Origin: an uncultured Planctomycetia bacterium
GTDB taxonomy: Bacteria; Omnitrophota; Gorgyraeia; Tantalellales; Tantalellaceae
DNA length: 52,909 nucleotides
Direction: 5' to 3'
Assembly (NCBI GenBank): GCA_964421015.1
Contig: CAYQUS010000006.1
Location: forward strand, 47,096 to 100,004
This document shows, piece after piece, positions 1 to 8,152 of the stretch (position 1 is the stretch's first letter; every line of letters starts with the position of its first letter). The position numbers were made by a program, and so were the translations under genes. Below the pieces are notes generated by a model. The model made no database searches and had not been told where the DNA came from. It was given only the letters and a program-made list of their open reading frames with translations.

Positions 1-1
1 G

Positions 2-229
2 GGGATAACCGACAATGATATCGAGCAGAGGCTGTACACGGCCGGTCTTCCCGATCCTGATCTTGTTATAAGGACCAGCGGTGAGATAAGAATAAGCAAC
101 TTTCTGCTGTGGCAGTCGGCGTACTCGGAGTTTTATTTTACCGGGACGCTGTGGCCGGATTTCGGCGCTGAAGAACTCGGAGCGGCCCTGGAGGAGTATG
201 GCAGGCGGCAGAGAAGATATGGCGGTTAA
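2..229 (+). CDS. uppS: Undecaprenyl/isoprenyl diphosphate synthase, 3' end (partial, begins before window)
   Basis: Frame from nt 2 reads ...[44 protein letters not shown]...RRQRRYGG* (TAA 227-229). Contains the hallmark RTSGE/SNFLLWQ motifs and sits upstream of cdsA-dxr-rseP. Confidence 0.95.
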   Translation, partial: GITDNDIEQRLYTAGLPDPDLVIRTSGEIRISNFLLWQSAYSEFYFTGTLWPDFGAEELGAALEEYGRRQRRYGG

Positions 230-1034
230 GTTTTTTACGCGTTCCGCGGTCAGTATAGCCCTTATGGCCGCTGTCCTTGGGATAATATACCTCCTTCCTG
301 AATGGATGTTCTGTGTTGTTATAGCGGCTTTTATAGGGGTCGGGCAGAACGAGTTTTTCGCGATGGTGGAAAAACGGGGCATTTTTGTGTACAAGTATTT
401 CGGCGTTATAGCCGGAGTGCTTTTGCCCGTGGTTATCTTCCTGGGATCGGGTGTGCCGGAACTTAAGAATCTCGAGCCCCTTTTGATAGTGGTGGCCAGC
501 CTTTTCGCTTTCACAATGCAGTTCGCGAGGAAGGATCCGGCCCGAGACCATCTTGTGAGCATGGCTCTGACCCTTTTTTCTCTCCTGTATATATGCTGGT
601 TTTTCTCTTTTATACTTAAGATAAAGCTGCTCCCGGGCGGGGCGGATCTTGTGGCTTTTCTGGTTATTGTGACAAAAAGCGCCGATATAGGCGCATACCT
701 GGCAGGGAACTTTTTGGGAAGAACAGAACTAATTCCGCGTATAAGCCCTAAAAAAACAAAAGAAGGGACAATAGGCGGTATACTCTTCAGCGTTATAGTG
801 GCGGTTATTCTGGGCGCGTATCTGACGGATTTTAAACCCTTTCATCTTGCCATGCTGGGAGTTTTGCTGGCAACAATAGGCCAGGTAGGGGATCTTGCCG
901 AGAGCCTCATTAAAAGGGATTGTTCAGTTAAGGATTCAGGAGCTTATTTCCCCGGTATAGGGGGTGTGCTCGATCTCATAGACAGCCTTCTTTTTACCGC
1001 TCCGGTCTTCTTTTTTTACGTTAAGACGTTTTAG
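219..1034 (+). CDS. cdsA: Phosphatidate cytidylyltransferase
   Basis: Hydrophobic ORF with motifs [29 protein letters not shown] and VKDSG...GGVLDLIDS. The ATG at 219 overlaps the uppS end (the ORF track starts at 198). Confidence 0.95.
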   Translation: MAVKFFTRSAVSIALMAAVLGIIYLLPEWMFCVVIAAFIGVGQNEFFAMVEKRGIFVYKYFGVIAGVLLPVVIFLGSGVPELKNLEPLLIVVASLFAFTMQFARKDPARDHLVSMALTLFSLLYICWFFSFILKIKLLPGGADLVAFLVIVTKSADIGAYLAGNFLGRTELIPRISPKKTKEGTIGGILFSVIVAVILGAYLTDFKPFHLAMLGVLLATIGQVGDLAESLIKRDCSVKDSGAYFPGIGGVLDLIDSLLFTAPVFFFYVKTF

Positions 1035-1044
1035 CCGGCAAAAT

Positions 1045-2187
1045 ATGAAAGACATAATACTTCTTGGGTCTACGGGATCTGTGGGAAAGAACGTTCTGGA
1101 CGTTGTTTCCCGGTATCCCGGGCGTTTCAGGGTAAAAGCCTTATCCACGTACAGGAACATTAACGGCATACTGGAACAGGCAGTGAGGTTTCACCCTCAA
1201 GTAATAGCGTGCGCCGATGAGGAGCTTCTCCCTGAACTTAAGAAGAGGGCTCCGCAAGGGGTGAGGGTTCTGGCCGGTCCGAGAGCGGTGGAAAAACTTG
1301 CTTCGGAAGAGAAAGCCGATATAGTTTTTATGGCCATATCTGGAACGGCATCGCTGGTTCCGTTGATGGGGGCCGTTAAAAACGGAAGGACCGTTGCTCT
1401 TGCCAGCAAAGAACCCATCGTTTCCGCCGGGAACCTTATTTCCGAGACAGCTTCTAAAACTTCAGCCAGGATACTTCCTGTTGACAGTGAACATAGCGCT
1501 GTGGCTCAATGTATCGAGGGAAGGCCAAAAGGTGATATCGGGACCATATACATCACCGGAAGCGGGGGGTCTCTTCTTGGTCGCAGAGCTGAGGATTTCG
1601 ACAAGCTGTCCGTCAGGGAAGTGCTCTCTCATCCCAAGTGGGACATGGGGCCGAAAATAACCGTTGATTCGGCGACACTTATGAACAAGGGGCTTGAAGT
1701 GATCGAGGCAAGATGGCTTTTTGACGTCGCCCCGGAGAAGATTAAAGTAGTCATACACCCCGAAGCTGTGGTGCACTCCATGGTGGAGTTCGTCGACGGC
1801 ACCGTTACGGCTGTCATGTTCTCCCCGGATATGCGTTTTCCCATACTGAGGGCGCTGACATACCCGGAAACCGTGGAAAGCGCTTTTCCAAGGCTTGATT
1901 TCGGCGCCTTGGGAAAGCTTACTTTTTCCGAGCCTGACCACGCGAGGTTCCCGGCTCTTTCAATGGCCTACGAGGCCTTGAGATCCGGAGGCACTTGCCC
2001 CGCGGTACTGAACGGTTCGAACGAGAGCGCTGTCGGGCTTTTTCTTAAAGGGAAAATACTTTTTACGGATATAACCAGGTTGACCAGAGAGGTCCTATCC
2101 AGGCATAGTGTAAAAACAAACCCCACGCTTGATGATATAATGTGGGCGGAAGAGTGGGCGAAAGAGGAGGTGTTTAAGCTTTGTTGA
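1045..2187 (+). CDS. dxr: 1-deoxy-D-xylulose 5-phosphate reductoisomerase
   Basis: LGSTGSVG NADPH motif, LASKE, PVDSEH, HPKWDMGPKITVDSATLMNKGLEVIEA. Confidence 0.97.
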   Translation: MKDIILLGSTGSVGKNVLDVVSRYPGRFRVKALSTYRNINGILEQAVRFHPQVIACADEELLPELKKRAPQGVRVLAGPRAVEKLASEEKADIVFMAISGTASLVPLMGAVKNGRTVALASKEPIVSAGNLISETASKTSARILPVDSEHSAVAQCIEGRPKGDIGTIYITGSGGSLLGRRAEDFDKLSVREVLSHPKWDMGPKITVDSATLMNKGLEVIEARWLFDVAPEKIKVVIHPEAVVHSMVEFVDGTVTAVMFSPDMRFPILRALTYPETVESAFPRLDFGALGKLTFSEPDHARFPALSMAYEALRSGGTCPAVLNGSNESAVGLFLKGKILFTDITRLTREVLSRHSVKTNPTLDDIMWAEEWAKEEVFKLC

Positions 2188-3251
2188 CAATATTGGTTGT
2201 TCTTTTCGTGTTCAGCGCGCTTATACTTGTTCATGAGGCGGGTCATCTCGCGGCCGCTAAAAAGGCGGGTGTAAAGGTCGAGGTGTTTTCTTTGGGTTTC
2301 GGCAAAAGGCTGTTCGGTAAAGAGATAGGCGGTACTGATTACAGAGTTTCAATGGTTCCGCTGGGCGGGTACGTTAAGATGGAGGGAGAAGACCCATCCG
2401 AGATCTCAAGCTCGGAAACCGGCCTTTATTCCAAGCCCGTAGGGGCAAGGTTCTGGATAATGGCGTCAGGGGCTCTTACAAACTATGTTTTCGCTTTTCT
2501 GCTCTTCTGGGTAATATTCATGATAGGTGTGCCAACGGTCTCTAACGAGGTCGGAGAAGTCCTTAAGGGGTATCCGGCCGAAAGGTCAGGGATAAAAGAG
2601 GGCGACGTTATAGTAAAGGTCGGGGATAAGGAAGTAAGTTACTGGGACGATATCGTAGATGCCATAAAGAAAAACTCGGTTTCAGGCGAGGCGGTTGCTT
2701 TTTCGGTAATACGGTCCGGCAAGGAACTGACCATTCCTATAACCCCCGACATATCCACGGTAACCAATGTTTTCGGCCAGAAAATATCCCGGCCCATGGT
2801 CGGGATAGGTCCGAGAGATAAGATACTTTCGGTATCTTACGGTCCCGCGGGCGCGTTCTATCATGGAGGGAAAAAACTGCTTTCTCTGACCGCCCTTACG
2901 TACAAGGGTATATGGCTCATGATAACAGGGGGAATGCCGCTTAAACAGTCGGTTTCAGGGCCAATAGGGATAATGTATTTTATGAACCAGGCGGCCAGGC
3001 TCGGGATAGTGCCGCTTCTCATAATAACCGCTAATGTCAGTATGGCGCTTGCGATATTTAATCTGCTGCCTTTTCCGGTACTGGATGGGGGGCATATAAT
3101 GTTCTTGCTCGCTGAAAAAATTACAGGAAAACCCGTAAGCGCGAAGGTGCAGGAATATCTTACTAACGCGGCGCTCGTGGTCCTTATAGCTTTCGCGGTC
3201 TTTGTCAGTTGGCAGGATGTTCTTAAGTTCACGCCTCTGGGTGGCCGGTAG
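2181..3251 (+). CDS. rseP: RIP/site-2 zinc metalloprotease with PDZ domain
   Basis: HEAGH, PLGGYVKM, central PDZ-like region, NLLPFPVLDGGH. TTG start overlaps the dxr end. Confidence 0.95.
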   Translation: MLTILVVLFVFSALILVHEAGHLAAAKKAGVKVEVFSLGFGKRLFGKEIGGTDYRVSMVPLGGYVKMEGEDPSEISSSETGLYSKPVGARFWIMASGALTNYVFAFLLFWVIFMIGVPTVSNEVGEVLKGYPAERSGIKEGDVIVKVGDKEVSYWDDIVDAIKKNSVSGEAVAFSVIRSGKELTIPITPDISTVTNVFGQKISRPMVGIGPRDKILSVSYGPAGAFYHGGKKLLSLTALTYKGIWLMITGGMPLKQSVSGPIGIMYFMNQAARLGIVPLLIITANVSMALAIFNLLPFPVLDGGHIMFLLAEKITGKPVSAKVQEYLTNAALVVLIAFAVFVSWQDVLKFTPLGGR

Positions 3252-3275
3252 GGCATTACAAGGAGAAAGTAGAAA

Positions 3276-3336
3276 GAAGAGTCTGCTCCTGAAATATAAA
3301 AGTAACAGGCCGATCGTGAGGAGCACAGTATACATT
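3276..3336 (+). repeat. Dispersed ~60 nt repeat, inverted homolog of 7512-7572
   Basis: Manual ungapped alignment to the reverse complement of 7512-7572 gives 48/61 identical nt. Confidence 0.7.
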
Positions 3337-3370
3337 CTCCACTCGGTTTCGGTGATCAGGATTTAAAACT

Positions 3371-4450
3371 ATGGTAAAAAGACGAAAAACACGTACAGTC
3401 AATATCGGAAAAGTAGCTGTGGGTTCTGGTTCTCCTGTAAGCATTCAATCCATGGCAAAGACCGACACCAGAGATGTCGATGTCACGGTAAAGCAGATAA
3501 ACCGTCTGGGAGAGGCGGGCTGCGAGATAGTTCGTGTCGCTGTGAAGGATATGGACGCGGCCAAGGCGATCTCGTCCATAAAAAGCGAGATCAAGCTGCC
3601 GCTTGTAGCAGACATACATTACGATCACACACTTGCTCTTGAAGCCGTAAAACGCGGGGCCGATAAGATAAGGATAAATCCGGGTAACATCACTAAGCCT
3701 GAAGACGTTGAAAAAGTGATAGATGTCTGCGCTTCCAAAGGGATCCCGATCCGGATAGGGGCCAATTCCGGTTCGCTTCCCGAAAAGTTCTCCGGGTCAG
3801 TGACTCCTTCGGAAATAATGGCGCGGGGTGTCCTTAAATATCTTGAGATGTTCAGGAAAAAGAACTTTAACGACATAATCATATCGCTCAAAGCGTCGGA
3901 TGTTCCCGAGACAGTAGGGGCTTACAGAGCTCTGGCGGGAGAATGCGACTATCCTTTTCACGTCGGCGTTACAGCCGCGGGATCGAAAGAGACGGGTACT
4001 GTAAAGAGCGCTGTAGGCATAGGAGCGCTTCTTTTGGACGGTATCGGCGACACCATAAGAGTTTCGCTTACGGGCGATCCGGTAGAGGAGGTCGTAGCCG
4101 CAAGGAAGATACTTTCGTCTTCCGGCGCGCGGTCTTTCGGCCCGGAAGTCATCTCATGTCCGACCTGCGGAAGATGCCAGGTAGATCTTCTGTCCATTGC
4201 GGGAGAAGTTGAAAAAGCAGTTGAAGAACTTTGCTGTACGGGTAGTATAAAGCCTCGTAAATTCACCGTCGCTGTCATGGGATGCGAGGTCAACGGCCCC
4301 GGGGAATCCGAAGCCGCGGATATAGGCGTAGCTTTTGGCAAGGGGTCGGGAGCTATATTCAGGCGCGGCAAGATCGTAAGAACGGTCAAGGTTTCCGAAG
4401 CGGTCGGCGTTCTAATGGAGATGATTAGGGAGGAGTTGGGGGAGAATTAG
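3371..4450 (+). CDS. ispG: HMBPP synthase (4-hydroxy-3-methylbut-2-enyl diphosphate synthase)
   Basis: VSIQSM, PLVADIHYD, IRINPGNI, IGDTIRVSLT, SCPTCGRC and MGCEVNGPGE. Confidence 0.97.
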   Translation: MVKRRKTRTVNIGKVAVGSGSPVSIQSMAKTDTRDVDVTVKQINRLGEAGCEIVRVAVKDMDAAKAISSIKSEIKLPLVADIHYDHTLALEAVKRGADKIRINPGNITKPEDVEKVIDVCASKGIPIRIGANSGSLPEKFSGSVTPSEIMARGVLKYLEMFRKKNFNDIIISLKASDVPETVGAYRALAGECDYPFHVGVTAAGSKETGTVKSAVGIGALLLDGIGDTIRVSLTGDPVEEVVAARKILSSSGARSFGPEVISCPTCGRCQVDLLSIAGEVEKAVEELCCTGSIKPRKFTVAVMGCEVNGPGESEAADIGVAFGKGSGAIFRRGKIVRTVKVSEAVGVLMEMIREELGEN

Positions 4451-4584
4451 GAAGAGGGAAGTGGGAAGTAGTAAATGATAGGTTGAGGTGCCTGGCAGTG
4501 AGACTGCAGTTTCCTGAGCGAAGAGAAGAGACGAAGAGAGGTGCCTGGCACAGAGCGGCTATTCCGGTTTGTAGTGCCTGGCAC
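4448..4584. repeat. Intergenic repeat module with GTGCCWGGCAC palindromes
   Basis: GTGCCTGGCA at 4488 and GTGCCTGGCAC at 4541 and 4574. The 30-mer at 4494-4523 matches the reverse complement of 31784-31813 at 28/30. Confidence 0.8.
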
Positions 4585-4602
4585 CAAAGTGGCCGAAAAT
4601 AC

Positions 4603-4676
4603 TGTCATTCTGAGCGAAGCGAAGAATCTATAATTTTATGTGATCCTTCGTCGGCCTTCGGCCTCCTAGGATGACA
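4603..4676. repeat. REP-like palindromic hairpin (GTCATTCTGAGCGAAGCGAAGAATCT type)
   Basis: TGTCATTCTGAGCGAAGCGAAGAATCT...GATCCTTCGTCGGCCTTCGGCCTCCTAGGATGACA. The ends are complementary and there is an internal GGCCTTCGGCC hairpin. It resembles a widespread bacterial intergenic repeat family (recognised from memory). Confidence 0.75.
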
Positions 4677-4686
4677 ATCACGCGAA

Positions 4687-4734
4687 AACGCAATAACGCC
4701 ATAACGCAACAACGCAATAACGCCATAACGATAA
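4687..4734. repeat. Tandem 8-mer microsatellite, AACGC(A/C)AT-like x6
   Basis: Units: aacgcaat aacgccat aacgcaac aacgcaat aacgccat aacgataa, directly upstream of the proS RBS. Confidence 0.9.
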
Positions 4735-4749
4735 ATAAGGAGACTTGAA

Positions 4750-6462
4750 ATGAGATGGAAAGAAACTTTTATTCCTACCGTTAAAGAGGACCCGCAGGAC
4801 GCCGAGGCTGTAAGCCACAAGCTGATGGTTAGAGCGGGGCTTATAAGAAGGCTTACCTCGGGAGCGTATATTTATCTCCCAATGGGCAAAAAAATACTGG
4901 AGAAGGCCTCGGCCATAGTGCGGGAAGAGATGAATAAGGCGGGGGCGGTGGAGCTTCTGATGCCGGCTTTGCATCCCGTGGAACTTTGGAAAAAGACAGG
5001 AAGATACGATGATATGGGCGAAGTTATGATCAGGTTCGAGGACCGGCACGGCAGGGAAGTGGCGCTCGGGCCCACGCATGAGGAAATAGTTACAGATCTT
5101 GTTTCCAGGGAAATAAGGTCCTACAAGGATCTTCCCATAACGCTTTATCAGGTGCAGACAAAGTTCAGGGACGAGGTTAGGCCCAGGTTCGGGATAGTCA
5201 GAAGCTGCGAATTTATAATGAAAGACGCGTACAGTTTTGACGCCGACCAGGAAAAGATGGAAGCAAGCTACAAAAAAATGTACGACGCTTATTGCCGTAT
5301 TTTTACGCGATGCGGCCTTCCGTATGTGGCGGTTGAAGCCGACCCCGGGCTTATGGGCGGTACGGTCTCGCATGAATTTATGATACCTTGCGCCATAGGC
5401 GAGGACAGGATAGTGCTTTGTCCCTCGTGCGGTTACGCCGCCAGCACGGAAGTCGCGAAGGTCGTTTTTAAGCAAGACGCGGTGGATCCCGGCTCGTCTA
5501 AAGAAGAAATGAAAGAAATAGCCACTCCCGGGAAGAGTACGGTGGAAGACGTATGCGCTTTCCTGAAAAAATCGCCGGAAGATCTTGTAAAAACGCTGAT
5601 ATACACGGCCGACGGAGAGACCCTGGCTATTCTTATACGCGGAGATCATCAGGCTAACGAGGCTAAAATAAAACGGGCCCTGGGTGTGCGCACGCTTGAG
5701 CTTGCCGGAGAGAACAGGATAAAACAGCTTACAGGCGGAGATATGGGCTTTTCCGGTCCGGTCGGGCTTTCCATCAGGATAGTAGGCGATAATTCTGTCC
5801 GGTCAATGTCCTCGGCGGTTGTCGGGGCTAACAAAAAGGACGCTCATATCCTTAATGCCGTATGCGGGAGGGACTTTAAGGTAGAAAAATGGATAGACGC
5901 GAGGGTTATAACCGAAAAAGACCCATGTCCTAAGTGCGGAGCTAAACTTGAAATGAAAAGCGCCGTTGAAATAGGGCATACGTTCAAACTTGGCACGAAA
6001 TATTCCATACCGCTCGGGGCGTCATACACCGATGAGAAAGGTGAGCTCAAGCCGCTTGTAATGGGCTGTTACGGTATAGGGGTCAATAGAATACTGGCTT
6101 CGCTTATCGAGACAAGCTACGATAAAGACGGCATAATATGGCCCGCTTCTTTGAGCCCGGCAGAAGTCGTTGTTATTCCGGTAAAAATGAACGATGAAGA
6201 AGTTACTCAAGCCGCCGAAGAAATTTACGGGAAGCTTATTGATGCGGGAATAGACGTTATTATAGATGACCGTGACAAGTCCCCCGGAATAAAATTCAAA
6301 GATGCTGACTTGGTAGGTTTTCCTGTGCAGGTGGTAATAGGCAAAAAGAGCCTTGCTGAGGGTAAGGTCGAGGTGGTCGAGCGCCGCGGGAAAAAGTCGG
6401 AGCTCATCGAGCGCGAAAAGTTTGTGGAGAAGGTTAGGGAGATCCTGGGCAAGAAAAAGTAG
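4750..6462 (+). CDS. proS: Proline--tRNA ligase (bacterial type with YbaK-like editing insertion)
   Basis: SHKLMVRAG, LGPTHEE, FRDEVRPRFG, IEIGHTFKLG, MGCYGIGV and C-terminal anticodon-binding domain. Confidence 0.97.
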   Translation: MRWKETFIPTVKEDPQDAEAVSHKLMVRAGLIRRLTSGAYIYLPMGKKILEKASAIVREEMNKAGAVELLMPALHPVELWKKTGRYDDMGEVMIRFEDRHGREVALGPTHEEIVTDLVSREIRSYKDLPITLYQVQTKFRDEVRPRFGIVRSCEFIMKDAYSFDADQEKMEASYKKMYDAYCRIFTRCGLPYVAVEADPGLMGGTVSHEFMIPCAIGEDRIVLCPSCGYAASTEVAKVVFKQDAVDPGSSKEEMKEIATPGKSTVEDVCAFLKKSPEDLVKTLIYTADGETLAILIRGDHQANEAKIKRALGVRTLELAGENRIKQLTGGDMGFSGPVGLSIRIVGDNSVRSMSSAVVGANKKDAHILNAVCGRDFKVEKWIDARVITEKDPCPKCGAKLEMKSAVEIGHTFKLGTKYSIPLGASYTDEKGELKPLVMGCYGIGVNRILASLIETSYDKDGIIWPASLSPAEVVVIPVKMNDEEVTQAAEEIYGKLIDAGIDVIIDDRDKSPGIKFKDADLVGFPVQVVIGKKSLAEGKVEVVERRGKKSELIEREKFVEKVREILGKKK

Positions 6463-6646
6463 GAAGAGGGAAGTAGGAAGAGGTCAAGGTTAAGGTTGGT
6501 GTTATAGGTGCCTGGCACGATCTTGTGCCTGGCACCCCCTGCTGTTTTCTTCGAAAACACCCGCTGGGGGTCATGGACCACGATGGCATGGGCCATCGTG
6601 GAAGCGAGGGAGAGCACCGAGCGAAGATTTTCTCGCCGGGAAAATC
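6460..6646. repeat. Cluster of short palindromes and hairpins after proS
   Basis: GTGCCTGGCAC at 6508 and 6525; stems TGTTTTC/GAAAACA (6543-6559), CCACGATGGC/GCCATCGTGG (6578-6601) and GATTTTC/GAAAATC (6626-6646). Confidence 0.8.
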
Positions 6647-6735
6647 GAGCGCCCCTGGAGAGAATATCGGAAATATTTCGGCGTTACGGATTAAGGTTCA
6701 GGGCGAGTCTCAGTTTTTAAGAAAGGATTAGCGGG

Positions 6736-7455
6736 ATGTCTCAAGAATATACTCTCAAAATAATCAATATTATCACCCGGGTAACCGGGGTTAAAAGTTT
6801 CAGGCTCGAGAGGCCGGAAGGTTTTTCTTTTAAGCCGGGCCAGTGGATGTTTGTTCATCTTGATGTGAACGGAAAAGAAGAGAAAAAACCCCTTTCTTTC
6901 TCAAGTTCTCCCACTGAAACAGGGTACATTGAATTTACAAAACGTCTGACGGGAAGCGATTTTTCAAAGAAACTGGACTCTCTTAAGGAGGGAGACAGTA
7001 TAAAAATTAAAATGCCTTACGGTAATTTCACTTTTGAGGGAGAGCTTCCCAAAATAGCTCTTTTATCCGGTGGTATAGGCATAACTCCTTTTAGGAGTGT
7101 ATGTAAGAACGCGACCGATAAAAAGCTCGATACAGATATTATGCTTCTTTACAGTAACAGTGTCCCGGAGGGGATAATATTTAAAGACGAGTTTGATGAA
7201 ATGCTGACGCTTAATCCTAAACTTAAAGTGGTTCATACGATAACCTCACCGGACGCTCATAAGCTAGGGTGGAAGGGTTGTTCCGGAACCATAACCGGCG
7301 CAATGGTAAAGAAAGAGATACCCGATTACATGGAAAGAGTGTTTTTTCTGTGCGGTCCTCCCGGCATGGTAGAATGCCTTATCGAAATGCTCAAACTTGA
7401 GCTCAAAGTTCCAGATTCTAATATCCGCAAAGAGAACTTCATGGGATACGCCTGA
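6736..7455 (+). CDS. FAD/NAD(P)-binding oxidoreductase, ferredoxin reductase (FNR)-like family
   Basis: FKPGQW, PLSFSSSP, PYGNF, LLSGGIGITPF, FLCGPPGMV, ENF near the C-terminus. Confidence 0.9.
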   Translation: MSQEYTLKIINIITRVTGVKSFRLERPEGFSFKPGQWMFVHLDVNGKEEKKPLSFSSSPTETGYIEFTKRLTGSDFSKKLDSLKEGDSIKIKMPYGNFTFEGELPKIALLSGGIGITPFRSVCKNATDKKLDTDIMLLYSNSVPEGIIFKDEFDEMLTLNPKLKVVHTITSPDAHKLGWKGCSGTITGAMVKKEIPDYMERVFFLCGPPGMVECLIEMLKLELKVPDSNIRKENFMGYA

Positions 7456-7511
7456 GCTGTAGCCAATATTCAGCTTTAGATGTCCGTGGTGACACCTGAT
7501 CGCCATTGAGA

Positions 7512-7572
7512 AATGTATTCTGCGCTCTTCACAATTCGCCTGTCACTTCAGTACTTCAGGAGTAGATTCTTC
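7512..7572 (-). repeat. Dispersed ~60 nt repeat, inverted homolog of 3276-3336
   Basis: 48/61 identity by manual alignment. Confidence 0.7.
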
Positions 7573-7692
7573 AGGGGAGTGTCCTTATTTATATCCTTTT
7601 CAGGCGGCGAATTATTCCAGTGCTCGAATACACTTCTCAATGGTCTTCTGGCACTGATCCCTCATCTTTACTTCCCTAAACTCAACGGAAAC

Positions 7693-7937
7693 AGGTTAAT
7701 CCGCTCTCCGGGATGCTTCTGAGCCATTTTTAACGGAGAAAAAGTATGCCCGTTCCCTCTTTTCTCTGAAGTTCAAGGGAAAATTTTCAACTGTTTGAGC
7801 CGGAACAATAAACCACAAAACAAACCGGCGAGTTTTGAAAATTTAGGGCTGACTTTTTCGGACCCGTTACGTACTTATTACGAGGATAAGGGGCCGTTAA
7901 AACCGGCGAAGAAGCAGCCTGGAGAGCGGATTAACCT
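7693..7937. repeat. Structured non-coding element, copy 1 (core 7725-7902), enclosed by a 28 bp inverted repeat
   Basis: Core 7725-7865 aligns without gaps to 31945-32085 at 127/141 identity. Outer arms 7693-7720 and 7910-7937 are reverse-complementary at 26/28. Confidence 0.85.
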
Positions 7938-8152
7938 AATATTTCTAGCTTTTCAAAGGGTAACAATGAAGATTTGTTAAATATAAAAAAGTAAGCTTTC
8001 TAAACTGGTCTGCGGTAAAACCGTAACGTATACTCTATTTAACAGTTATTAAAATAAAACGTTTGTTATCTAGGCTTATTAGAGGGTAGCTTAGAAATTT
8101 TTTTGCCCGGTTACTTAATAGATTTTTAATTCATTTAAAACAGGGTGTAGAT

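Noticed and set aside
4687-4734. Possible CRISPR array
   Set aside because: 8 nt units without spacers; no cas genes in the window.
6508-6731. Short ORFs 6508-6720 and 6525-6731
   Set aside because: They run through the palindrome cluster and have no RBS or protein-like signature; better explained as non-coding repeats.
7725-7902. Calling the structured element 6S RNA, SRP RNA or a riboswitch
   Set aside because: It has two near-identical copies, no recognisable conserved motifs of those families, and no defined promoter; left unassigned.
7513-7980. ORFs 7513-7722 and 7795-7980 as real small proteins
   Set aside because: They overlap the structured element and the repeat remnant. The matching region in copy 2 does not preserve the same ORF.
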